A stretch of 18,297 nt of DNA from Candidatus Heimdallarchaeota archaeon B3_Heim (GCA_003144275.1 NJBF01000053.1:1-18297), one strand, 5' to 3'; counted from the stretch's first letter, positions 1-8,452 are shown. Notes: generated by a model not told the origin, from the sequence alone. Translations and numbers: made by a program.

Positions 1-1322
1 CCTCCACAACATCGCGCGTGAGATCTATTGAACGTCATTTCTGTTAATTGAAGATCTGGTATTGCTTCCAAGATTTCACGAGGTGTATTATAAATACCAC
101 AGTGTCTTCCAAGAGAACATGGATCGTGGTATGTTATTTTTGCATTTAGAGGATTCAATCTCAATTCCTTAGTTTCTATCTTGTTTTTAATATATTGCGT
201 TGAGTGGAGAACTTCACACGGAATATTGAGATTGAAAATCTCTGGAAAAAGTTTCGTGAAGGTGTAAAAACATCCTGCACAAGGTGTAATTACCTTTTCA
301 ACCCCTGTTTTTTCAATTTTTTGAATAATTTCCTTCGCAATTATTTTTGCTTCATTCCACAGACCTGATGAAAATAAAACATATCCACAACATCCCTCAT
401 CTTCCCCTAGCATTGTAAAATTAGCTTGAACCTCTTTTAAAATGGTATAAAATGCTAAGGCGGTTTTAGGAGTACGATTTGATACCATACATCCAACCCA
501 ATAGAGAATATCTGGATTTTCGGAGAAATTCTTGTTAGTAATGTTGTTTAGCCAAGTAAAGCGTTTTTCACTTGGAGTTGCAGCTGGATCTCCAGTTCTT
601 GAAATATTGAAAGCAGTTGTCTGAAATATGTCAGGTCCTAATTTTTTTTCAGCAATTATATTTCTTACGTGAAAAATTGCTTTATGAAAATCTGATTGCT
701 TAGAGCTTTCACTAAAACAGTTCCCACACTCACTACAGGTGTATAGAATATCAATAAGCTTTTTTGAGGTTTCTAAATCCCCCTTCATTAATCCTCTGAT
801 CAAAAGCATTCTCCCCTTGGCTGACCATGTTTCAATTCCGTTACGAGAACGAGTTATTGTACAATATCTTCCACTAACATTATTTTGTAAGCACTTAGTT
901 AAGTTACTCTCTGAGATCAATATTTGTACTGCTAACGTAATGTTGTTTTGGACACTATGGGTATAATTCTGAATCTTATGTTTAAGCAGTGTCTTTCTTT
1001 TTCTTGGTTTTTCTGATCCGCTGCTGATTTCAGGTATTTTTGTATTATCTAGCAAAATTGATATTTTTGAAGGATCTCTCAATAAGAATGAATCTGATGT
1101 ATTTTTTCTATATATCGTGATATAATTTCTTCTCCCCCATTCTAATAATTTTGTAGAAGCAGTGAATTGATCATCCCTTACTATAATGTCAAACATTGGA
1201 TGAACTGGTTTTGTATAAATGTTTTCAAATGAATAAACATAGCGATCTTCAATATCAGTTAATACTTGAACCTCTGTGAATAATTGGCTCAATTCCTTAA
1301 CGAGCTCGCTTATAGATCTCAT
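1..1322 (-). CDS. HdrD/GlcF-like (Fe-S)-binding oxidoreductase with CCG domains; runs off the left edge (partial, 440 codons visible)
   Basis: Not in the ORF track because no stop lies in the window. Manual translation from ATG at 1322 is open to base 1: MRSISELVKELSQLF...ETWSAKGRMLLIRGLMKG...YTCSECGNC...LYWVGC...EGCCG...TPCAGC...TYHDPCSLGR...RCCGG. This is the ferredoxin-like domain plus two-CCG-domain layout of HdrD/GlcF proteins. Confidence 0.9.
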   Translation of the reverse strand, partial: MRSISELVKELSQLFTEVQVLTDIEDRYVYSFENIYTKPVHPMFDIIVRDDQFTASTKLLEWGRRNYITIYRKNTSDSFLLRDPSKISILLDNTKIPEISSGSEKPRKRKTLLKHKIQNYTHSVQNNITLAVQILISESNLTKCLQNNVSGRYCTITRSRNGIETWSAKGRMLLIRGLMKGDLETSKKLIDILYTCSECGNCFSESSKQSDFHKAIFHVRNIIAEKKLGPDIFQTTAFNISRTGDPAATPSEKRFTWLNNITNKNFSENPDILYWVGCMVSNRTPKTALAFYTILKEVQANFTMLGEDEGCCGYVLFSSGLWNEAKIIAKEIIQKIEKTGVEKVITPCAGCFYTFTKLFPEIFNLNIPCEVLHSTQYIKNKIETKELRLNPLNAKITYHDPCSLGRHCGIYNTPREILEAIPDLQLTEMTFNRSHARCCG

Positions 1323-1590
1323 TGCATTAACTCTGTATTAGTGTAAATAAGTATAAAATGGTTGTTCAGACTGGGAAAGGGATTCTATATCTTAATTATC
1401 AGTCTCGAAATATTGAAAATACAATTAAACAACGATCAAACTCATAAACTAGTACTTAATTTAAACCTTTTCATGACACTAGAGGTTTTTCCTTAAACCC
1501 ACGTTGAACAGAGCGATTCAAAATTGTAGCTTGGCTTGAACTTAAGTGAAAATAATGTTGATTAATCTGCAATTAGAGTAAAGGAAACAA

Positions 1591-1596
1591 AGGTGA
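1591..1596 (+). promoter_or_regulatory. Shine-Dalgarno-like site AGGTGA before the TTG start of dch
   Basis: AGGTGA lies 7 nt upstream of TTG 1604 and is complementary to the 16S rRNA 3' end (UCACCU). It supports the TTG start. Confidence 0.6.
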
Positions 1597-1603
1597 AGAA
1601 AAA

Positions 1604-2368
1604 TTGAGTGATGAATTAATTTTAGTCGAAAAAAAAGACTTTATTGGGAAAATTACCTTTAACAACGGCCCATTAAATATTTTGAATATTGAAATGATGG
1701 AACAGATCAATAAGACACTTGATAAGTTCCTAGAAGAAAATTCTCTCAAAGTGATTGTGTTTGATCACCTTGGAAAAGCATTCTCTGCAGGAGTCGATAT
1801 TGGGGAACACATGGGGGATTCTGTTAAAAAAATGTTAGAAGTATTCCATGGTATGTTTAAAAGGTTAAATCATATGAAAATCCCTACAGTCGCTTGTGTA
1901 AAGGGAGCTGCATATGGTGGGGGATGTGAGGTAGCTGCTTTCTGTGATATTGTATTAGCTTCAGAGAAAGCGAAATTTGGTAATCCAGAAATAAAAGTAG
2001 GAGTCTTTCCTCCTGTCTCAGCAGTCATATTTCCTTCTATACTTGGAGAGAAAAAAGCATTTGAACTTATATTACAAGGAGAGATTATCAGAGCGGAAGA
2101 AGCACACAGAATAGGCCTAGTCAATCAAGTATTCCCCTTAGAATCTTATGAACAAGATGTATCAGAATTTCTTGAAAGATTTAACAAATTAAGTACAATT
2201 GTGTTACAATATTCTAAAAAAGCTGTTAAAATAGGAATATCTGACTTTGAGACCAAATTAGACGAAGTAGAAGCTCTTTATCTCAATGAACTTATGGCAA
2301 CAACTGATGCGAATGAGGGGTTACAAGCTTTTATTGAGAAACGTCCACCTCAATGGCAGAATCGATAA
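1604..2368 (+). CDS. dch: Cyclohexa-1,5-diene-1-carbonyl-CoA hydratase (Dch/BamR-like, crotonase family), 254 aa
   Basis: Crotonase motifs AFSAGVDIGEH, GGGCE and GNPEIKVGVFPP with both catalytic Glu. The C-terminus EALYLNELMATTDANEGLQAFIEKRPPQWQNR resembles Dch/BamR. Directly upstream of had, with oah in the same cluster. Confidence 0.85.
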   Translation: MSDELILVEKKDFIGKITFNNGPLNILNIEMMEQINKTLDKFLEENSLKVIVFDHLGKAFSAGVDIGEHMGDSVKKMLEVFHGMFKRLNHMKIPTVACVKGAAYGGGCEVAAFCDIVLASEKAKFGNPEIKVGVFPPVSAVIFPSILGEKKAFELILQGEIIRAEEAHRIGLVNQVFPLESYEQDVSEFLERFNKLSTIVLQYSKKAVKIGISDFETKLDEVEALYLNELMATTDANEGLQAFIEKRPPQWQNR

Positions 2369-2435
2369 ATATTACTAATCTGAGATACTAGGAAATTAAC
2401 AATGAATAATTATAAGAAGACTGGAAGAAAATAAT

Positions 2436-3482
2436 ATGAGAGCTGCTGTTTTTGAAAAAATAAGAGAACCATTAAAAATTGTGAATGATTATCTCTCTCC
2501 TACTATTGATGGGAGAAATGGACAAGTACTAGTGGATATCACAGCCTGTGGTGTTTGTCATACCGATTTAGGATTTCTTGATCATGGAGTACCTACAGGT
2601 AAATCTCCACCATTAATTTTAGGACACGAAATGGCTGGACGAGTACATGAAATCAGTGAGGATGTTACAAATTTTAAGAGAGGAGACCATGTCCTTATTC
2701 CCGCAGTCATTTCTTGTGGTACCTGTTTTCAATGTAGGACAGGACGGGAAAACATATGTTCAAATCAAGTTTTTTTCGGAAGTAATGTTGATGGAGGGTT
2801 TGCAGAACAGATTATGGTTCCAGCGAAAGACATATTCCATCTTCCAGTAGAAATACCTTTGGAAGAAGGATGTATTATAGCTGATGCAGTGTCTACTCCA
2901 TATCATGCTGTTAAAAATCGAGGTCAAGTCAGACCAGGTGACTGGGCTGTTGTTTTTGGGTGTGGTGGGATAGGACTCAACGTGGTCCAGAATATTAAAG
3001 CTGCAGGTGGATTACCTATCGCAGTTGACATTATCTCAGAAAAACTAGATATTGCTAAAAAACTTGGAGCTGTTAAAACACTTTCAGCAAAGGAATTAGA
3101 TGACCGTGGTATAGTAGGAGCAATCCGAAAAGCTACAGGTGGAGGTGCAGACATTGCTTTTGAAGCAATTGGAAATCCTACGACATTTAAGCAAGCTTTT
3201 AATAGCTTACGAACTGGTGGAAGATTAGTTGCTGTAGGTTATTCTCCAAAACGATGGGATGGCTTTGATATTGGTCGTGTGATGTTTCGTGAAATGGAAA
3301 TAATGGGAAGTTTGGGGTGTCGCACCGTAGATTACCCACGTATCATAGAATTAGTTAAAAATGGTACACTTGTGGTTAAACCACTTGTAACAGGAAAATA
3401 TCCCCTTTCCGAAATAAATGAAGGATTTGATGTCATGCGACGAGGTGAAGGAGTACGAACTGTTGTTTTATGTCAAGAATAA
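2436..3482 (+). CDS. had: 6-hydroxycyclohex-1-ene-1-carbonyl-CoA dehydrogenase (Had/BamQ-like Zn-dependent MDR), 348 aa
   Basis: ACGVCHTD and LILGHE (catalytic Zn), CGTCFQCRTGRENIC (structural Zn), IADAVSTPYHAVKNR, and GCGGIG...VDI (NAD-type). DHGVPT...PPLILGHE and PAKDIFHLPVEIPLEEG are typical of Had/BamQ. Adjacent to dch. Confidence 0.88.
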   Translation: MRAAVFEKIREPLKIVNDYLSPTIDGRNGQVLVDITACGVCHTDLGFLDHGVPTGKSPPLILGHEMAGRVHEISEDVTNFKRGDHVLIPAVISCGTCFQCRTGRENICSNQVFFGSNVDGGFAEQIMVPAKDIFHLPVEIPLEEGCIIADAVSTPYHAVKNRGQVRPGDWAVVFGCGGIGLNVVQNIKAAGGLPIAVDIISEKLDIAKKLGAVKTLSAKELDDRGIVGAIRKATGGGADIAFEAIGNPTTFKQAFNSLRTGGRLVAVGYSPKRWDGFDIGRVMFREMEIMGSLGCRTVDYPRIIELVKNGTLVVKPLVTGKYPLSEINEGFDVMRRGEGVRTVVLCQE

Positions 3483-3577
3483 TATAGAGAAGTTCGATAG
3501 TGTATTTGAAGAGAGATTTCTTAGGAGAACTCATAAAAATGCAAACTAGATAACAGTTCTCTTGGGATTGAAAGAAA

Positions 3578-4720
3578 ATGAAAATCGGTATTGTTGGTAT
3601 TGGTCATAGCAAGTTTGGTAGACGTGATGATGTAACAGTTCAAGAACTTGCATTTGAGCCATTTGTTGAAGCGCTTATTGACTCAGGACTTCAGCGAGAA
3701 GAGATTGACGCTACAATTATTGGGGCATCTCCCGTTTATATGACCCAAAGAAGTATCGCAGGCCCCGTCACAGAATACTTGGGATTGAATCCGCAACCTG
3801 TTTGGTTGACTGAAGCTGCTTGTAGTAGTTCCGCATCAGCTCTAAGAACCGCGTATGCATTAATTAAATCTAAAATGCATAACACTGTCTTAGTTCTTGG
3901 TGTTCAAAAGATGTTAGAAAATCCAACATCAGAAATTCTAAAGATTATGGGACGAACAGGAGATGTTCAATGGGAAGCTCCCTATGGAACAACCTTTGCT
4001 AATTATTATGCAATGTATGCGAATGCTCATATGACGAAATATGGGACATTGTCGGAACAGCTTGCTGAAGTAGCGGTAAAGAATCACTATTATGGGTCGA
4101 AGAATCGTAAAGCCATGTTCCAAAAAGAAATTACGGTTGAAAAAGTTCTTGAATCACGGATTATTTCCTCACCTTTACATCTTTATGATTGCTGTGCGAA
4201 TGCGGATGGTTCAGCAGCTCTGATAGTATCGAATGAGGAAATATCCAAAAAAATATCTGATACTCCTATCTGGGTTGAAGGTTTAGGTGCAGCAACAGCT
4301 CCGTTTTCCCTTCTCACTCGACCCGAACTGAGTACCTTAACCAGTGCTGTTGAGGCCTCACAGGCCGCGTATACGCAGGCAAAGATTGATCCAACAAATA
4401 TTGATGTAGCAGAAGTTCATGATTGTTTCACTATAGCAGAAATCATGGCTTACGAAGATTTAGGTTTTACAGAGCGAGGCAAAGGTGGAGAGTTTGTGGA
4501 GAATGCTTACATTGGTGGTAAAGTGCCAATCAATGTCGATGGAGGCCTTAAAGCAAAAGGACATCCAGTGGGAGCCACAGGGTGTTCTCAAGTCGTTGGA
4601 ATTGTCCAACAACTTCGTGGAGAAGCAGGACAATGCCAAGTGGATGGAGCAGAGAAGGGTTTAACCCACAATGTTGGTGGTCATGGCCAGTATTGTCTCG
4701 TCCATGTCTTTTCGAGGTGA
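3578..4720 (+). CDS. SCP2/archaeal-type thiolase (acetyl-CoA acetyltransferase), 380 aa
   Basis: EAACSSS (nucleophile Cys), EVHDCFT (HDCF loop, 4418-4429), GGLKAKGHPVGATG and THNVGG. Immediately followed by a DUF35 domain, the usual partner of this thiolase class. Confidence 0.9.
   Translation: MKIGIVGIGHSKFGRRDDVTVQELAFEPFVEALIDSGLQREEIDATIIGASPVYMTQRSIAGPVTEYLGLNPQPVWLTEAACSSSASALRTAYALIKSKMHNTVLVLGVQKMLENPTSEILKIMGRTGDVQWEAPYGTTFANYYAMYANAHMTKYGTLSEQLAEVAVKNHYYGSKNRKAMFQKEITVEKVLESRIISSPLHLYDCCANADGSAALIVSNEEISKKISDTPIWVEGLGAATAPFSLLTRPELSTLTSAVEASQAAYTQAKIDPTNIDVAEVHDCFTIAEIMAYEDLGFTERGKGGEFVENAYIGGKVPINVDGGLKAKGHPVGATGCSQVVGIVQQLRGEAGQCQVDGAEKGLTHNVGGHGQYCLVHVFSR
4714..4720 (+). promoter_or_regulatory. 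Shine-Dalgarno-like GAGGTGA overlapping the thiolase stop codon
   Basis: GAGGTGA includes the TGA stop at 4718-4720 and lies 4 nt before ATG 4725. It supports 4725 as the true start and translational coupling. Confidence 0.6.
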
Positions 4721-4724
4721 AGTG

Positions 4725-5936
4725 ATGAAGCAATTTGGATATCGCGATTATATCTCCCAATCCAAGGTAGGAGTACAGCTTTTAAAGTCTTTAAAAGAGG
4801 GGAAATTAGAGGGAACTCAATGTACAAAATGTAATATTCCTTATTATCCCCCTAGAGCCTATTGCCGTGAATGTTTATCCGATGGAAATATAATAGGTCT
4901 TATTTTTTCAGGTAAAGGAACGATACTATCTTTTTCAGAAGTTCAGGTTCCTCCCGCAGGTTTTGAACGTTTTGCTCCATATACAGTTTGTATCGTGGAA
5001 TTAGATGAAGGAGGCCGACTTGTTGGTTGGATTGATCCAGGATCCCAATCTCTGAAAATTGGAGATAAGGTCCAAGTAAAGCCCGAAGTGATTGAGGGAG
5101 ATCGAGTAGTTTATAAAATTACAAGAGGAACATCTCCAGATGTCGATGTAAAGGCTGAAAAAGTAGCTCAAAATCTTGTAACAGGGAGTAACAAACTTCA
5201 GGGTAAGGTTGCAATAATAACTGGAGCAGGAAAGGGGATTGGGCGTGAAATTGCTTTAAAATATGCACGAGAAGGAGCTATGGTTATTGTAGCAGCTAGA
5301 ACGCTCAGTGATATCGAAACGGTGGCAAAGGAAATCAAACAATCTGGAGGAGAAGCAACTCCTATCATATGTGATGTTGGAAATGTAGAAAGTGTTCAAC
5401 AATTAATTATGAAAACTCTAGAAAAATATGAAACAATTGACATCCTTGTGAACAACGCAGGGATTTCTAAGAGTGCCCTAATTAGTAAAATGACTGATGA
5501 TCTTTGGAATTCAGTTATTAATGTGAATTTGAAGGGTACTTTCAATTGTATTCGTGCTGTTATTCCTCATTTCTCAACAAAACGACCTCTTGGAGGGAAA
5601 ATTATTAACTTCACGTCAACCGCGGCAAAATACGGTAACGTGGGTCAAAGTGCTTATAGTGCATCAAAATGGGGTGTTATCGCCCTTTCTAAATCTGCTG
5701 CACGCGAACTAGCCACTTACAAAGTGAATGTAAACTGTATCATGCCTGGTTATATAGAAACAGCCATGACAGCAGACACTCCATCTGTTTATAAAGAGCA
5801 AACCATAGCTCAAATTCCTCAAATGCGTATTGGTTACCCCGAAGACGTAGCGAAGGTTGCTGTATTTCTAGCCTCTTCCGATTCGGATTATATGACGGGT
5901 TCAATCCTTCAGGTCGACGGTGGATTGAGGATGTAA
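4725..5936 (+). CDS. Fusion of DUF35 (Zn-ribbon plus OB-fold) and a FabG-like short-chain dehydrogenase/3-ketoacyl-CoA reductase, 403 aa
   Basis: N-terminal CTKC...YYPPRAYCREC Zn ribbon and OB fold (GKGTILSFS, PYTVCIVELDEGGRL, LKIGDKV), a linker of about 20 aa, then an SDR with TGAGKGIG, NNAG, S...YSASK and PGYIET, all in one frame. Start moved from 4671 (inside the thiolase gene) to ATG 4725. Confidence 0.88.
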   Translation: MKQFGYRDYISQSKVGVQLLKSLKEGKLEGTQCTKCNIPYYPPRAYCRECLSDGNIIGLIFSGKGTILSFSEVQVPPAGFERFAPYTVCIVELDEGGRLVGWIDPGSQSLKIGDKVQVKPEVIEGDRVVYKITRGTSPDVDVKAEKVAQNLVTGSNKLQGKVAIITGAGKGIGREIALKYAREGAMVIVAARTLSDIETVAKEIKQSGGEATPIICDVGNVESVQQLIMKTLEKYETIDILVNNAGISKSALISKMTDDLWNSVINVNLKGTFNCIRAVIPHFSTKRPLGGKIINFTSTAAKYGNVGQSAYSASKWGVIALSKSAARELATYKVNVNCIMPGYIETAMTADTPSVYKEQTIAQIPQMRIGYPEDVAKVAVFLASSDSDYMTGSILQVDGGLRM

Positions 5937-5979
5937 TTATCTTTAAGTTTTCAGAAGAAAGACGATTTAATGAATTTGT

Positions 5980-7179
5980 CTATTCATCAGGAGTATATGG
6001 AGGAAGTTCATATCTTAACTTAGCAGATTTTCGGTATCCTAGAATGTATGATCCTTGGATTAATTTTTGAATTTCATTAGTTCCTTCAAGAATCGTATTA
6101 GCACGTGCATTTCTCCAGTATCTTTCAACTGGAAAGTCTCCACTATAACCCATTGCACCATGGATTTGGATTGCACGATTCGCAGCATCAGAAGCATGAT
6201 TTGTAGCTTGCCATTTTGCCATAGCTGTTTCTCTAGTATTTCTAATTCCTTGGTTTTTTAACCACGCGGCTTTATAGACTAATAACTGAGATTGATCATA
6301 GCCTGCTTGCATATAGGCGATATGTTCTTGAATTAATTGTAATTTTCCAATCTCTTGACCAAATGCTTTGCGTTCATGAGAATATTTCACAGCTGCTTCA
6401 ATACTAGCTCTTATAACACCACAAGCACCAGCTGCAACTGTAAACCTACCACTATCTAACGCTGTCATGGCTATTTTGAATCCTTCTTGCTCCTTCCCAA
6501 GGAGATTTTCAGTAGGGATTCTAACATCCTGCAGTATAATTTCACCAGTATCACCTGTCCTAACCCCTAATTTATCATGAAACGAACTTGTAGAAAGACC
6601 TTGCGATTCTTTTTCTACAATGAAAGCCGAAATGTCTTTATAGCCCTTTTCCTTCCCTAATCGTGCAAAAATTAAGAAATGATCTGCTACATCAACTAAA
6701 CTAATCCATTGTTTTGCTCCATTAAGAACAAACTCATCTCCTTCTCGTACTGCTTTCGTTTGAAGATTAGCAACATCTGATCCACATCCTGGCTCCGTAA
6801 GACCGTAAGCTCCAATTTTAGTTCCTTTTCCTTGAGGTAGAAGAAATTTTTCTTTTTGTTCTTTTGTTCCCCATTGGTACATTGTTAAACTCGACAAAGC
6901 CGTATGGACTGATAATATTACACGTAACGAGGTGTCTACTCGTTCCAATTCTTCACATGCAAGAGCTAAGGCCACATAATCAAGGCCTGCGCCTCCCCAC
7001 TTCTCTGGAATGCATACTCCAAGTATCCCCAATTTTCCCATTAATGGAAGCACTTTTTTGTATACAGATTTTTGTCGTTTATCATAATCGCTAATAATTG
7101 GAGAGACTTCACGCTCTGCAAAGTCTCGAACACTATCACGTAGCATAATATGTTCTTCTGAAAGTGAAAAATCGATCAT
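5980..7179 (-). CDS. Acyl-CoA dehydrogenase, glutaryl-CoA dehydrogenase-like, 399 aa
   Basis: YGLTEPGCGSD, NGAKQWIS, ERKAFGQEIG, QIHGAMGY and ILEGTNEIQ (catalytic Glu365). ELERVDTSLRVILSVH keeps the Arg that binds the distal carboxylate in glutaryl-CoA dehydrogenases. Start set at ATG 7179 (MIDFSL) rather than TTG 7194. Substrate is inferred. Confidence 0.8.
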   Translation of the reverse strand: MIDFSLSEEHIMLRDSVRDFAEREVSPIISDYDKRQKSVYKKVLPLMGKLGILGVCIPEKWGGAGLDYVALALACEELERVDTSLRVILSVHTALSSLTMYQWGTKEQKEKFLLPQGKGTKIGAYGLTEPGCGSDVANLQTKAVREGDEFVLNGAKQWISLVDVADHFLIFARLGKEKGYKDISAFIVEKESQGLSTSSFHDKLGVRTGDTGEIILQDVRIPTENLLGKEQEGFKIAMTALDSGRFTVAAGACGVIRASIEAAVKYSHERKAFGQEIGKLQLIQEHIAYMQAGYDQSQLLVYKAAWLKNQGIRNTRETAMAKWQATNHASDAANRAIQIHGAMGYSGDFPVERYWRNARANTILEGTNEIQKLIQGSYILGYRKSAKLRYELPPYTPDE

Positions 7180-7333
7180 ACAGTAACCATCCAAGTTTTT
7201 TATTTGATATTTTGAGCTGTTATACGGAATTTTCGTTTCTATATAGAGTAGTTGAGTTGGATTGTTGTAGTAATATAATTTTTATGATGAACTAAATAAC
7301 GTGTATACTATCACGATCAGAATCAATAGAAGG

Positions 7334-8452
7334 ATGAATGCTTTGAAAGATCATAATCTTTGGAAAGAGGAATATTTTGGAACGGATCCTCCGAATATAA
7401 CGTATGAGCTAAAGCCACTGGTCAATCCAAACGGTGATACGGTGGATAACCTATTTTCAGCATGGATTATACTCAATAATCCTCAACAACTGAACTCTTA
7501 TACAACAAAAATGGTGAAAGGAGTGATAGCAGGATTTTCTCGCGCATCAATGGATCGTAATGTAGTAACAGTTGTTTTTACGGGTGCAGGTGACCGTGCA
7601 TTCTGTACAGGAGGTAATACAAAGGAATACGCTGAATATTATTCTGGGAAGCCCAACGAATACGGACTTTATATGGATTTGTTTAATGCGATGGTAGATG
7701 CTATCCTGAACTGTAAAAAACCTGTCTTATGTCGTACCAATGGAATACGAGTTGCAGGAGGGCAGGAAATCGGTATGGCTGCTGATTTAACTATTTCAGC
7801 TGATACAGCTATATATGGACAAGCTGGCCCTCGTCATGGATCTGCTCCGGACGGTGGTTCGACTGATTTTCTTCCATGGATGCTTTCTATTGAAGACGCG
7901 ATGTGGAACTGCATTTCATGTGAGTTATGGAGTGCATATAAAGTGAAGCAATTAGGAATGATAACTGAAGTCGTTCCTGTGCTAAAAAGAGATGATAAAT
8001 TCATCCGAAATCCCACCATTATAACTGACAGATATATTCACGATGGAGAAATCGTTTATGGAGAATTCCTTTCTGGAAAGGAGTATAAAGATGCGAGAGA
8101 GGTTTTGAAAAGCTGTGAAACTGATTTTTCACTTCTTGATAAGGCAATTGATGATATAATATGGAAGTTCGCGAACCTATTTCCTGGATGTTTAATGAAA
8201 TCCATCGATGGAATCCGAATGAAGAAAAAATTCTTTTGGGATCAAACAAAACTTGCCAATCGTCATTGGTTATCTGCTAATATGTCTACTGAAGCATTAT
8301 TAGGTTTTCGTGCATTTAATGAGAGGAAGTTAACTGGAAAGGACACTATTGACTTCATCCAATATCGTCAGCTAATCGCTAACGCACACCCCTTCGATCA
8401 AAATCTTATTGATACAGTTTTACCTAAACCATTGAAAAATGAGGACTCTTAA
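7334..8452 (+). CDS. oah: 6-oxocyclohex-1-ene-1-carbonyl-CoA hydrolase (Oah/BamA, ring-opening), 372 aa
   Basis: Diagnostic stretches NSYTTKMVKG, AFCTGGNTKEYAEYY, GGQEIGMAAD, GQAGPRHGSAPDGGSTDFLP and GFRAFNE match Oah/BamA. Start set at ATG 7334 (MNALKDHNL) rather than GTG 7301. Confidence 0.95.
   Translation: MNALKDHNLWKEEYFGTDPPNITYELKPLVNPNGDTVDNLFSAWIILNNPQQLNSYTTKMVKGVIAGFSRASMDRNVVTVVFTGAGDRAFCTGGNTKEYAEYYSGKPNEYGLYMDLFNAMVDAILNCKKPVLCRTNGIRVAGGQEIGMAADLTISADTAIYGQAGPRHGSAPDGGSTDFLPWMLSIEDAMWNCISCELWSAYKVKQLGMITEVVPVLKRDDKFIRNPTIITDRYIHDGEIVYGEFLSGKEYKDAREVLKSCETDFSLLDKAIDDIIWKFANLFPGCLMKSIDGIRMKKKFFWDQTKLANRHWLSANMSTEALLGFRAFNERKLTGKDTIDFIQYRQLIANAHPFDQNLIDTVLPKPLKNEDS

Noticed and set aside
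739-966. 75-aa plus-strand ORF in the track
   Set aside because: Antisense shadow of the HdrD-like CDS (<1-1322, minus), which carries clear conserved motifs.
975-1015. Basic stretch KPRKRK...KHK in the HdrD-like protein resembling a nuclear localisation signal
   Set aside because: Short basic runs are common in linkers of AT-rich genomes; nothing else supports a targeting role.
4671-4724. N-terminal extension of the DUF35-SDR ORF; similar extensions at 7180-7194, 7301-7333 and 10610-10669
   Set aside because: The 4671 extension overlaps the thiolase gene and an SD site supports ATG 4725. The others precede an ATG where family similarity begins.
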